Shown: positions 23,050-36,970 of the stretch, piece by piece | Layout of the letters: each line of letters begins with the position of its first letter | Position numbering within the stretch: position 1 is the first letter of the stretch | Assembly (NCBI RefSeq): GCF_009914755.1 | Contig: NC_060946.1 | Origin: the human T2T-CHM13v2.0 reference genome, Homo sapiens | Reading direction: 5' to 3' (one strand) | DNA length: 64,000 nucleotides | Notes under the pieces: model-generated | Told to the model about the DNA's origin: nothing | The model's database searches: none | What the model saw: the letters and a program-made list of their open reading frames with translations, nothing else | Translations under genes and position numbers: made by a program

Positions 23050-25548
23050 ACTCAAACATGTGCGTGTCCACACTGACCGTCCACACTCAAATATGCACGT
23101 GTCCACACTTAAATATGTGTGTCCACACTCAAATATGTGCGTGTCCACACTGACCGTCCACACTCAAATATGTGCCTGTCCACACTGACCGTCCACACTC
23201 AAATATGCGCGTGTCCACACTTAAATATGTGCGTGTCCACACTCAAATATGTGCGTGTCCACACTGACCGTCCACACTCAAATATGTGCATGTCCACACT
23301 GACCGTCCACACTCAAATATGCGCGTGTCCACACTTAAATATGTGCGTGTCCACACTCAAATATGTGCGTGTCCACACTGACTGTCCACACTCAAATATG
23401 TGCATGTCCACACTCAAATATGTGCGTGTCCACACTGACCGTCCACACTAAATATGTGCGTGTCCACACTGACCGTCCACACTCAAATATGCACGTGTCC
23501 ACACTTAAATATGTGTGTGTCCACACTCAAATATGTGCGTGTCCACACTGACCGTCCACACTCAAATATGTGCGTGTCCACACTGACCGTCCACACTCAA
23601 ATATGTGTGTGTCCACGCTGACCGTCCACACTCAAATATGCGCGTGTCCACACTTAAATATGTGCGTGTCCACACTCAAATATGTGCACGTCCACACTGA
23701 CCATCCACACTCAAATATGTGCGTGTCCACACTTAAATATGTGCATGTCCACACTGACCGTCCACACTCAAATATGCGCGTGTCCACACTCAAATATGCG
23801 CGTGTCCACACTCAAATATGTGCGTGTCCACACTGACTGTCCACACTCAAATATGTGCATGTCCACACTCAAATATGTGCGTGTCCACACTGACCGTCCA
23901 CACTAAATATGTGCGTGTCCACACTGACCGTCCACACTCAAATATGCACGTGTCCACACTTAAATAAGTGTGTGTCCACACTCAAATATGTGCGTGTCCA
24001 CACTGACCGTCCACACTCAAATATGTGCGTGTCCACACTGACCGTCCACACTCAAATATGCGCGTGTCCACACTTAAATATGTGCATGTCCACACTCAAA
24101 TATGTGCGTGTCCACACTGACTGTCCACACTAAATATGTGTGTCCACACTCATATGCGCGTGTCCACACTGACCGTCCACACTCAAATATGCGCGTGTCC
24201 ACACTTAAATATGTGCGTGTCCACACTCAAATATGTGCACGTCCACACTGACCATCCACACTCAAATATGTGCGTGTCCACACTCAAATATGTGCGTGTC
24301 CACGCTGACCGTCCACACTCAAATATGTGCATGTCCACACTTAAATATGTGTGTGTCCACACTGACCGTCCACACTCAAATATGTGCATGTCCACACTTA
24401 AATATGTGCGTGTCCACACTCAAATATGCGTGTGTCCACACTGACCATCCACACTCAAATATGCGCGTGTCCACACTGACCGTCCACACTCAAATATGTG
24501 CGTGTCCACACTGACCGTCCACACTCAAATATGCGTGTGTCCACACTTAAATATGTGCGTGTCCACACTCAAATATGTGCCTGTCCACACACTGTCCACA
24601 CTCAAATATGTGTGTGTCCACACTCAAATATGTGCGTGTCCACACTGAGTGCCCACACTAAATATGAGCGTGTCCACACTGACCGTCCACACTCAAACAT
24701 GCGCGTGTCCACACTGACCGTCCACACTCAAACATGCGTGTGTCCACACTCAAATATGTGCGTGTCCACACTCAAATATGTGCGTCTCCACACTGACCGT
24801 CCACACTCAAATATGCGTGTGTCCACACTCAAATATGCGCGTGTCCACACTCAAATATGTGCATGTCCACACTCTGTCCACACTCAAATACGTGTGTCCA
24901 CACTCAAATATGTGCGTGTCCACACTGACCGCCCACACTAAATATGAGCGTGTCCACACTGACCGTCCACACTCAAACATGCGTGTGTCCACACTGACCG
25001 TCCACACTCAAATATGCGCATGTCCACACTGACCGTCCACACTCAAACATGCGCGTGTCCACACTGACCGTCCACACTCATATATGCGCATGTCCACACT
25101 GACCGTCCACACTAAATATGCGCGTGTCCACACTGACCGTCCACACTCAAACATGTGCGTGTCCACACTGACTGTCCACACTCAAATATGCGCGTGTCCA
25201 CGCTGACCGTCCACAAACATGTGCGTGTCCACGCTGACCGTCCACACTCAAATATGCGCGTGTCCACACTTAAATATGTGTGTCCACACTGACCATCCAC
25301 ACTCAAATATGTGCGTGTCCACACTTAAATATGTGCGTGTCCACACTCAAATATGCGCGTCCACACTGAGCATCCACACTCAAATATGCGCGTGTCCACA
25401 CTGACCGTCCACACTCAAATATGTGCGTGTCCACACTCAAATATGCGCGTGTCCACACTCAAATATGTGCGTGTCCACACTGACCGTCCACACTCAAATA
25501 TGTGCGTGTCCACACTGACCGTCCACACTCAAGTATGCGCGTGTCCAC
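23050..25548 (+). repeat. 2.5-kb composite VNTR of 13-bp (gtccacactgacc) and 22-bp (gtccacactYaaatatgYgcgt) units
   Basis: Both units share the gtccacact core and are interleaved irregularly over ~2.5 kb with few substitutions. Confidence 0.97.
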
Positions 25549-25989
25549 TGTGCCTCAGGGTCTAGAGCATTAATTTAACCCATGCAATTATTTGCAAGTA
25601 TTAATGTCTCTCCTTCCCTCCAGGCTTGGGGCACAGGAACGCATCTATCTTTCCCGACCGTTGTATCCCCGGTCTGCAGCCCCGGGCCAGGGATGCTCCC
25701 GCAGCTGTTGCAGGGCTCAGACTGCCCACTAGTGGGAGCTCCAGGCCTCTCATTTCCCACGTCTCTGCCTGGCCCAGATACTTCGGTGGGTCAAATTCTT
25801 GAACTGATGTTGGACCACAGTCCTCGTAGGAACTTAAAAGGTTGCACTGTATCCAGCATATCCAGGGAATTGTATGTGAGTGGGTGTGAGCCCACATGTG
25901 CGGGGCAGACAAGGGGTGGACTGCAGGGGCTACTAACGGGCCTGTTCACTCCAGCACCCATCTTCCAGGGCGTGACTTCCCTTTGCTGA

Positions 25990-26474
25990 CACACTTTGTG
26001 CCCCTGAGTCAGCCACATAAACACTGTGATCGGGCCGTGTGGTCCCAGCTGATTAATTGATTCTGCAGTGAGCACTTGATCCAAGCTCTGCCAGTTAGAG
26101 TCTTTCCAAGGGTGTTGGAACCGGAGCTGAGAAAAAAGAATTCAACATTGCTTTGAGTGGCTATGGAGGTGGATGCAGTGTGCTCACACTGTCTGTGGCC
26201 ACATCTTGCACTGTGGATCTCAGAAGCAGAGGAAGCAGATCTACTTAGAGAGGAGAGGGGCACCCACACAGAGGCAAGATGCAGGATGGAGAGAGACGCA
26301 GAGATGTCCCTTGGCCTCTAGAAGCCCTGGTCCCATTTGTCCCTGAGGTCCAACCCTGGTCTTCTCTGTGAGTCCTATAAAACATTCTCATGTTCTTGCA
26401 ATGGATTCATAGTTTTGCTTAAGCTGGGTTGAGCTGGGTTTCTGTTCCATGCAACCAAAATAGTCCTAATCAGT
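25990..26474 (+). mobile_element. Old MaLR LTR (MLT1J/K-like)
   Basis: 3' end ttgcttaagctgggttgagctgggtttctgttccatgcaaccaaaatagtcctaat is typical of MLT1J/K/L. Confidence 0.7.
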
Positions 26475-26699
26475 AAAATATTAAGACACATTTCTATCCA
26501 CTTCAAGAATTAATCGTATCCATAAATTACCACTTGACTAGGACGAGATATTTGGCACTTTTTTTTTGCAATCATTTGGAATTTTGGTTCCAGAATATGA
26601 TTTTTTCCTTTTACATTACGTCAATTACTTTAAGAACATGATGTCTTGTCTATGTGGGGAATATTTTTTAACAGCTGCATTCTTCCTCATTTTCTCTGT

Positions 26700-27600
26700 A
26701 ATTATTAATAATTGGACTTAACTCTAAATTTTAATGATCTATTTGCTCATGATTATTTTTTATGCCAATGCCATTCCTTTCTCATTTTTCTTTCATTCTA
26801 ATGACTTTTACCCCATAATTATTTTTTTCAGAGCTGTGTACGGTATGCTGAGTCCTCAAAAAGAGGTCAGCAAGTTCATTTTGCCCTCACAATAGTTTTG
26901 TCCAGCTATAGAATTCCAGTTTGAGGTCCTGTTTCCTCAGAACCTTGTAGCTAGTGCACAGATGTTATCTTCTAGCATTTTTGAATTGCAGACAAGAATG
27001 ACCAGTGTGAGTGGGATTTTTATTCTTTTTTTTAAGGGAACCTATTATTTTTACACTCTGGAAGCTTAAAGGGGTTTTTAATCCATTGAGTGAGAAGTTT
27101 CCCCAGAATATATATAGCAGCATGTCATTTTTCTATTATTCCTTAACAGTTCACCTGTGATTTGAACGCTCTCATCTCTTTCCATTCCAGGGGAAATTTT
27201 CTTCTCTTATTTCTTTAATTACTTCTTTCTCCCCCCACTCTCCTTTGGGCCCCCCATGGGAATGTGATCACTTCTCCTGAGTCTGTACCTATCTCTTAAC
27301 CTAACGCTCATAATTCCCATCTCTGTCAATTCTTCTTATGCTCCAAGAGATGTTAATGACTGCCTTCCAGTTCACCAGTTTGAGTTTCAGTCATGTTATT
27401 CACAGCACCTGTTATTTTCATAATCATGTTTTAAATTTCAAAGATCTCTTTTTTGGTATTTAATCCCTCATTTAAAAAACTGTGGCCAGTTCCAATTTTA
27501 TTGATGTAATAACCTTTTGAGTCTCTCTGTGGAGGCTAATTAGAAATTTAACGTCTTCTGTTTCCTGCATTAATCCTGATTCATCATGGATTAGTTGACT
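26700..27600 (-). mobile_element. Ancient L1M/HAL1-like ORF1-region relic
   Basis: T-rich; ctatagaattccagttt...cttctagcattttt...gggaaattttcttctcttatttctttaatt resembles an old L1 5'/ORF1 region in reverse. Confidence 0.5.
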
Positions 27601-27752
27601 GCCTGGTCATTTTGGAGATGTGTTTTAGAGGATTGATTTAACCCATCGGGGGCACAAATACGCTTACCTACAGGACAAGTGTATTTGTATCCATGTCTGG
27701 TAAAGTGACGCACAGTGGCCCTGGTAGCTAGTGCCACAGTTTTCTCTGTAAC

Positions 27753-27961
27753 CCGGGGATTGAAACCTTTTCCACAAAGGGCCACAGAATAAATATTTTC
27801 AGCTCTGGGGGCCATTCAAGCCCGGGGGTGACTACTCAGGTCTGCCATTGGAGCAGAAAACAGAGACGAGAGGTAAGCAAGTGGGTCTGGTGTGTACCTC
27901 TGTAACTTTATAGAAATTGGTCATGGGGTTTGGCCTCTGAGTTATAGTTTGCCAGCCTCTG
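27753..27961. mobile_element. MER58A (non-autonomous hAT-Charlie)
   Basis: ccggggattgaaacc...aaagggccacagaataaatatttt...tagtttgccagcctctg with degenerate TIRs; followed by ctctag (Charlie target-like). Confidence 0.8.
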
Positions 27962-28392
27962 CTCTAGCCTGTGGCTGCAGCCCTTGGAGCCACATGCTCA
28001 GCTTTATTGGAGTACTGGTCTTCACTGGCCATGTGCAGTCTGGACCAGGTATCCACTGTGCTGCGGGGAAGCGACCAGCCCCAGCTCTGTCATTTGTCTT
28101 TGTTTCTTACATTCCACGGCAGCTTCCTCTTCCAGCTTTTGTCCACCAAGTTTTGGGGTTTGAGGATTGCTCATTGAGAAAGCAGTGCCCATTTTTGCAG
28201 GGGATTCTTCCAGTGCTGGAGCAGCCTTCTCATGCTTTTCTGGGCAGCCCAGTTTCTGCATCAGTTCATCTCATCCATGTTATTTATCTCAGATTTTCTC
28301 AGCACTTCTAATTCACTAATTCTCTCTGTTTTCCAGTACTGTGTTGATGCTTATGTTCCTAAATCATTTACACAGGTTTTGGGGAGGGGAAG

Positions 28393-28702
<310 letters not shown>

Positions 28703-28857
28703 TTATGGAGGCTTATTTTGCATATCATCAGATCCACCCTATCAAGAATACATTTCCATGATTTACGTGATTTCACCAAGTTGTGCAACCATCACTGTAA
28801 ATCAGCTTTAGAATATTTCCATCACCTCCTGAAATCATTCTTGATAGTTCATTTATT

Positions 28858-29164
28858 TATTTATTTATTTTATTATTATTATTTTACTTTAAGTTTTAGG
28901 GTACATGTGCACAATGTGCAGGTTTGTTACATATGTATGCATGTGCCACGTTGGCGTGCTGCACCCATTAACTTGTCAATTAGCATTAGGTATATCTCCT
29001 AACGCTATCCCTCCCCCCTCCCCCCACCCCACAACAGTCCCCGGTGTGTGATGTTCCCCTTCCTGTGTCCATGTGTTCTCATTGTTCAGTTCCCACCTAT
29101 GAGTGAGAACATGTGGTGTTTGGTTTTTTTGTCCTTGCGATAGTTTGCTGAGAATGATGGACTG
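28858..29164 (-). mobile_element. 5'-truncated L1PA (PA3/PA4-like) 3' end with 15-bp TSD
   Basis: tactttaagttttagggtacatgtgcacaatgtgcagg...gctgagaatgatgg; TSD GATAGTTCATTTATT at 28843-28857 and 29165-29179. Confidence 0.92.
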
Positions 29165-29189
29165 GATAGTTCATTTATTGTGTATCAAG

Positions 29190-30007
<818 letters not shown>

Positions 30008-30049
30008 TTTAATTTCTTTAAATCTAGCCAAATTGCTAAACTATCAATT

Positions 30050-30285
30050 GTGTTTTTACAAAATGTTTCTTGACATATAATTATTGTACATACTTACAGA
30101 AGACGTGATATTTTGATACATGTATACAGTGTGTCATGATCCAATTAGGCATTTGGAATATCCATCACTGCGAGCATGGACCATTTCTTTGTGTTGGGGA
30201 CATTTCAAAGGTTCTCTTGTAGCTAGTTTGAAATAGACAATATATGGTTGTTAGCTACAGTCCCGGACTGTGCTATGGAACACTA
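30050..30285 (-). mobile_element. L1MA 3' end
   Basis: gtgatattttgatacatgtatacagtgtgtcatgatc...catttctttgtgttggggacattt. Confidence 0.75.
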
Positions 30286-30394
30286 TTTTTTTAAAAAGTA
30301 GCTTCTCTTGGGTTTTCTGGGCAAACTGAAAGTGACACCCGTCTATCCTGGGCAAATTCAATATACCGTTATCTTTTCCTTTCCAGTCATTATA

Positions 30395-30727
30395 CACAAG
30401 CCCCCCTTTATCTGTGGGGGCACGTTCCAAGCCCCCCAGTGGCTGCCTGAAGTTCTGGGTAGTTCGGACCCCTGTGTGCACCGTGCTGTGCTTTGTCTTC
30501 TACATCCATACCTGTGATCGAGTTGAACTATAATTAGGCACAGCAAGAGATGAGCAACAATCACAATAAGAAAATGAACAATGCTAACGATGTACTATGA
30601 TGAAAGTTGTGTGAATGCACTCTCTTAAAATGGCTTTCTATGTTGTACTCACTATTTTCCGACTGCAGTTCACTGTGGGCCACCGAAGCCACCGAGAATG
30701 AAACTGCAGGTCAGGGGTGGACTGCAG
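30395..30727. mobile_element. MER44A (non-autonomous Tigger/Tc1-mariner)
   Basis: cccccctttatctgtggggcacgttccaagccccccagtggctgcctgaa...aattaggcacagcaagaga...gaaactgcaggtcaggggtggactg. Confidence 0.8.
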
Positions 30728-30856
30728 CCAGGAGGTCTGTCTAATGCTTCCTGGCATCTGCTAAAACCTCAGAAAACGGCCATGAGCCAGAAGCAGGTGC
30801 CCATCCTTGGCCCACGCCTGTCAGGAGTGGGGGTGCCTCTGGTGCGTCACGGCCCA

Positions 30857-30977
30857 GGGAGGTGTGGGCGTCCCCGAAGGAGGCGTAGGTATCACTAAGG
30901 GAGGCGCAGGTGTCATGGAGGGAGGTGTGGGCATCACTGAAGGAGGCCGGCCGTCGTGGCTGAGGGAGGCGTGGGCC
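30857..30977 (+). repeat. Degenerate 21-bp minisatellite, ~5-6 copies
   Basis: ggagg recurs at 30858, 30879, 30900, 30921 and 30942 (ggaggYgYRggYRtca...). Confidence 0.75.
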
Positions 30978-31240
30978 TGAGACACCTTCTCTGGCCTTAT
31001 AGCAGTGACCATGTGCATGTCTGGGAAGGGGCAGGCAGGTAGATGACCCCATGAGACCATGGATGTGGTTGGTGTGTATCTTTAGTGTTAATCTGTTTTC
31101 TTTTCAGAAAGCATCCCGGCTTTGCTGAGATGTGCCCTCCTTGGTTTTTGTCACTGCCAATGGGTGGCTTCATTCCATTTGCTAACACGTCTGTCTTCCC
31201 TGGCAGTAGGAGGGGCCCATCGCTTTATCTCCTCAGGGCC

Positions 31241-31513
31241 TTTTTTTTTTTTTTTTTTTGAGACAGAGAGTCTTGGCTCACTGCAAGCTCTGCCTCCTGG
31301 GTTCATGCCATTCTCCCCATTCTCCTGCCTCAGCCTCCCAAGTAGCTGGGACTACAGATGCCCACCACCATGCCCGGCGAATTTTTTGTATTTTTAGTAG
31401 AGATGGGGTTTCACCATGTTAGCAAGGATGGTCTCGATCTCCTGACCTCGTGATCCACCCGCCTTGGCCTCCCAAAGTGCTGGGATTACAGGCGTGAGCC
31501 ACCGCGTCCAGCC
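31241..31513 (-). mobile_element. AluY with an internal deletion
   Basis: AluY diagnostics; TSD CTCAGGGCC on both sides; ~40 bp missing near the 3' end and ccattctcc duplicated. Confidence 0.9.
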
Positions 31514-32439
31514 CTCAGGGCCATTTTGTTGGTTGTTCTTTCTCCCCTACTCCCCTCCCTCCTGTGCCGTCACCAGCCCACCCCTCCCTCCCTCCCTGGC
31601 CCGCTGCGTCCTTGTTTCCACCCCATCACCTCCAGGCCCAGCTCACACCGAAGGCCCCAGGGTGCTGGTGTCTCCAAAGCCTCCTCGCACCAGACGTCTC
31701 CTGCTGCCATTCCCCAGAGCCTCTTCCACTCTCCGAATCCTTCTCTGTCCTTATTCAGCCCTTGTGTTTCTTTTAGGATCAGGGTGGCCCTTTCCTGGCC
31801 CCCATGCAGTCTCCTACCTGGGCATTCTCGCTGCAGTTTCTCACGGCTGCCGCTAGTCCCTTCCTGTTCTTATTCTTTGTCCCCACTCAGATCACACTGA
31901 GGCCAGGGGTTAGGGTGCTGTCCATGTGCACAGGGCTCCCAAGATGAGATCTCCAGCTCGGAATGCTCCGCGGAGCCTCCATCCGTGTACAGATCTGCCC
32001 ACTGATGCCCGCACATGGATGCCCGGAAGGCTCCACACCCTTACAGTGGCCCAAGGTGCCACAGAATCTGAGCCCACCCCGCACCCTCCCACCCCACAAA
32101 CCTGGTCTCTCCAGGAGAAGTCTGCCTTGTGGTCCAGTTTGAGGCATTGGAAACCCAGCTCTTGCCTGCACCTCCTCTGCCCTGTGCCACACCCCCATCC
32201 CTCTGTCACCCCTCCTCCCTGAGGCATGGGGCTGCCAGCTCCTTTCTCAGCATCCCTCCCCTCACCCCTTCCAGTCGCGAGTGACCCCCACACACCCCCA
32301 ACACTGCCCTCAGGCACCTGCAGCAGCCTTGCAATCTGGGCCAACCCTGCCCCCTCCAGGCCTTCATTCCTTTTGCAGTCAGTGATCTTTGAGGAAGTTA
32401 AATCTGACCTGTCGGTTCCCTTCTCCTGCCCCCCACATC

Positions 32440-33545
32440 TATGTACACACGTGATGAACACATCCACATCTATGTACACAGGCACACACATGCAAAACAC
32501 CTGTACACAGTGCATGCCAGCATACACATACATGTACATAGGCACACACATGCAAAACACCTGTACATATGGGCATGCACACATACACATCCAGGTACAC
32601 AGGCACACACATGCAAAACACCTGTACATATGGGCATGCACACATACACATCCAGGTACACAGGCACACACATGCAAAACACCGGTACACACGTGCATGC
32701 ACGCATACACATCCATGTGCATAGGCACACACATGCAAGACACCTGTGCACACGTGCATGTATGCATACACATCCATGTACGTAAGCACACACATGCAAA
32801 ACACCTGTACACATGTGCATGCACATATACACATCCATGTATATAGGCACGCACATGCAAATCACCTGTGCACACGTGCATGCACACATACACATCCATG
32901 TACATAGGCACACACATACAAAACACCTGTACATATGGGCATGCATGCATACACATCCATGTACATAGGCACACACATGCAAAACACCTGTGCACACGTG
33001 TACATATGCATACACATCCATATACATAGGCACACTCATGCAAAACACCTGTGCACATCTATGTCACACACCCATGTACACATGCATACATACACATCCA
33101 TGTACATAGGCACACCTATACCCAGGACCTGCACACATGTATGTCATACACACCCATGTACACACATGCACACATATTCACATCTATGTACGTAGACACA
33201 GTCATACACATCTGTCATATCTGTCACATCCATGTGCACATGTGCAAGCATGTATACACATCTATACACAGGCACATACATGCAAAACATTTCATATTTG
33301 TCACAGCCATGTACACGTGTGTGCTTATGTATATATCTATGTACATAAGCACACACTTGTAAAGCACCTATATACACATACTTATTTACCTACAAACACC
33401 CATGTACACATGTGCATGCACATGTAAACACCTGTGCACATAGGTGCACACATGGAAAACACCTGTACACATGCAAGCCACATCCACAAGCTCCTATGTA
33501 TACACACGCACACACACCTACATAAACACTTCCACACACACGTGT
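32440..33545 (+). repeat. CA-rich minisatellite, 61-bp unit (~10 copies) decaying into low complexity
   Basis: The ggcac anchor recurs at 32541, 32602, 32663, 32724, 32846, 32907, 32968 and 33029 (agcac at 32785). Confidence 0.93.
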
Positions 33546-33608
33546 GTAGCTACAGCCGGTTTTTAACAGCTTCCTGTGCTGGGCTCTGAGGATCTTCCTC
33601 ATCCCCTC

Positions 33609-34067
33609 TGTTGTGGGTTAAATTGTGTCCCCTCAAAATAGATGTTCAGGTCCTGACTCCCAGTATCTATAAATGTGACCTTATTTGGAAATGGGGTATT
33701 TGCAAATGTAATCGAGTTAAGATGAAGTCACAGTGGATTCGGGTGGGTCCTAATCCGTGACTGGCATCCTTGAAAAGGGAAATTTGGACAGAGGGCCACA
33801 CAGGGAAGAAGGCCATGTGATGAGGGAGGCAGAGGCTGGAGTGTGGCCGCTGCACGCCCAGGAGCATGGAGGAATGCCAGGAGGGAGCCCCCAGGAGCAG
33901 GAACGGGTGTGGAAGGATCCTCTCCTGGGCCTTCAGAGGGAGCGTGGCCCTGCTGACGCGTGGACCCAGCCTTCTGGCCTGCAGAACTGCGAGTGAATAA
34001 ATGCCTTTTGTTGAAGCCACGGGTGTGTGGGGCTTTGTCACAGCAGCGGCAGGACACAGTCATGCCA
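33609..34067 (+). mobile_element. MaLR LTR, MLT1C-like
   Basis: tgttgtgggttaaattgtgtccc...aatgtgaccttatttggaaat...ccttcagagggagcgtggccctgctgac...aataaatgcc. Confidence 0.85.
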
Positions 34068-35204
34068 CCCTGCATCCTTCACTCCTCCTGTCCTAGCTCC
34101 TTCCCCTCCTCCACCTTTGCTTCATGGGCGCTGCCTGGCACCTTCTCTCTTTAACGCCTCCCCTCCTCGCTGGGATGCCCCTCTCTCAGGCATCCTTCTT
34201 GCCCCGTAGCTCTGCACACCCTTCTAGGTGTGCGGTGTGTGTTTAGCGTGCAGCTTCTGCCTCCCCACAGCGTGCTCCCTGCTGTGTGCCGGAGACACAG
34301 CCCAGTACCTGCCACACAGTGAGCCTGCCCATTGTCCAGTGAGAAGAGGGGGCTTCGCATGTCTGTTAATCAGTGAAATCAGCCTGCGGTTTTCTTTAGT
34401 ATCCTGCTGCGAGGTTTTGATTCAAGGTTAAATGCTGTTATAAAACAAATGGGGAGATTTGTCTTAATGGCCTGGAACTGTTTATCTGGCACTGGAGGGA
34501 TCTGTTATTTGAAACCATCTGAGCCTGGAACAACTTAGAGATTTCTAAATTAAATTTTAAAATTTCCTTGCATTGTTATTAGTCATTGACATTTTCCGGA
34601 ATTTTTTATGATTTATATTTTCCTAGGGAAACGTCTCATTTCGTTGAAAGCTCAAAATATATTAACATAAAAGTATACATAGTACTTTTGTAATTTATGC
34701 ATTTTTGTTTGTTTTTCTCTTACATTTTGAATTACATTTTCCAGAGACTTATCCATTTTCTCACACAAAAACAAAAACACCAGCAGTTGTCATGTTAATT
34801 TATTGGTACTTTTTTCTGCTTTTCTAGTTCAGTAATCTCTGCTTTTCTTTCCCTTGTTTTCTTCCTTGGTTTTCTGGGGTTTATCTTGTTTTCTAATTAC
34901 CATTACATGAATGTACCCTGATTCTCTTACCAGCCCTGAGTGGGGATATTGGGAATCTTTCAGAATTTCAGACAATGCTATAATGAATGCGTCTTGCATA
35001 TATTTCACACACACGAGAGCGTATTTGTAGTATTAAATTTCTGGAAGTAGAATTGCTATTTAGAGGCTGTGTGCATTTTTAATTTTAATTTTTTTTATCC
35101 TTAAGATTTATGCCAATTTACGTTTTCATCACCAATATATTTTATTTATTTAACATTACACACAACACATATGTTACAGGTATTTTCTTTAACACCACGT
35201 GTAA

Positions 35205-35390
35205 CATATCTGTTCTAGGCGTTTGACAAATTTCGACTCAATCCTCAGAACAACCCCATTTTACAGATTAGGAAATTGAGGTTTACATAGACTAAGCAAC
35301 TTTCCCAGGTTTATTAAGTGATGAAACGGAATCTGAAATCTAGACATTTTTGTTCCAGAACCCATGCTCTTAACCAGTGCATTGAGCTGC
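35205..35390 (-). mobile_element. MIR
   Basis: ccccattttacagattaggaaattgaggtt...cccatgctcttaacca. Confidence 0.8.
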
Positions 35391-36970
35391 CTATTTTCTC
35401 ACACCTATAGCAACATGAAATTGACAAATATTTTGATCATAGCCAACTTGGTAAGTAAAAAAAGAAAAAAATCTAATTTTAGTTTGCATTTTCTGTACTA
35501 TGACCAAGGTTGAACATTTCTTCAAATGTTTAAGAAATATGTTTTTCCCTTATGTGAACTGTTTTTAATTGTTGTCTTTTTTTCCTTTTATCTATTGACT
35601 TTCTTATTGGTTTATAGAAGCTCTTTACATATTAAGCAGTCCTTCTGTGATATGGAATGCATGCATTTTTCTATTCTTTTATGTCTTTCAACTTTATGGG
35701 TTTTTTAACATCACATAATTAAAAAACATTTATGTAGTCAAAATGTGCACATTTTTTGGTATGTATTTGTGTCTATGTGTGTGTGCATATTTAACATGCT
35801 GAGAAGTTCTGGCCGTCCTGAGATTTAAATAATTCTCTTTTGTCTTCTTCTAGTACTTTTATCAGTCCATTGAAGTCTTTCATCCATCTGGAGATTTTTT
35901 TTTTCTGTAAAATGTGAGGGAGGGATTCCGTTTTTTCCCATACACCATTAATTGTATAATCTATCTTCTCCTTTCACTGGACATTTTTCCTTTATAATAT
36001 AGTAAATGTCCTCATGTGTTTGGGATCCTCCAAATGTGTGTATGATCTGTGTATGAATGTAGGTGGATCACTTTAAAAATTCTTGTAATTTAACACATTT
36101 TACCAACTGATAGAGCTAGTCACTCAACTAATCTTTTTGGTGAGAACTTTTGAATCAGCATATCTGGTTTCTCAAAACATCCAGTTGATGTCTTTTATGA
36201 GGATAATTAACATCTTGATGTTGTCTAGCTTTCCTTTTCTAAAACATGGCATGTATATACATATTTTAAGTCTTCTTTATATCTAGTTCCATTTTAATTT
36301 TTAAAAAGTAGAGCTTGAACATTTCTTAGGTTTATTAGTAGATATTTTAATCATTTTTATTATAGCTTCTAATAAATTTTGTTTTAATATATAAAACCTA
36401 TTGACTTCCATATGCCAACTTCATGTCTATACTCTTAGTGAATTCTATCATTATTTGTAATAGTTTTTCGGTTAATTTTCTTGGAATTTCCAGATATATA
36501 ATTATATAATCTGCAAATAATAATAATTGCATACTTTCTCAATTTTCATATATCTTATTTCTTTCTCTTCTTTATGTTGGTATTTCTAGGATAATGTTCA
36601 ATAATAGTAACAATAGTAGATCTCTTTGCCTTGTCTTAACTTTAACAGGAATGTTTATAGATATTATCTTATTAATTATAATGCTGACCTTTGGGATGAG
36701 ATAAATGCATTTTATCATATTAAGTATCCTGTCATTTTTGAGCAGTTGCAAAAATAAAAATATGGCTGTTGAGATTTATCAGTGCTTTTCCAGCATAAAT
36801 AAAGATGATTATATGATTTGCCTTTTGATCTAATAATATGGGGAATTACATTAATAGATTTCCTAATGTTGAAACATCTGTGCGTTTCTGGAAAAAGGTA
36901 AGTTGTGTTTCTATTTTTCATTAAATTTCCTAAAGATTTTGCTTTATGAATGTGTATGCTTTGTGGTTTG

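Noticed and set aside
23050-25548. CRISPR-like look (constant gtccacact core with intervening sequence)
   Set aside because: The intervening sequences are just two recurring variants rather than unique spacers, there are no cas genes, and the context is primate DNA. It is a VNTR.
31910-33058. 382-aa Cys/Val/Met-rich ORF
   Set aside because: It is a product of the 61-bp minisatellite.
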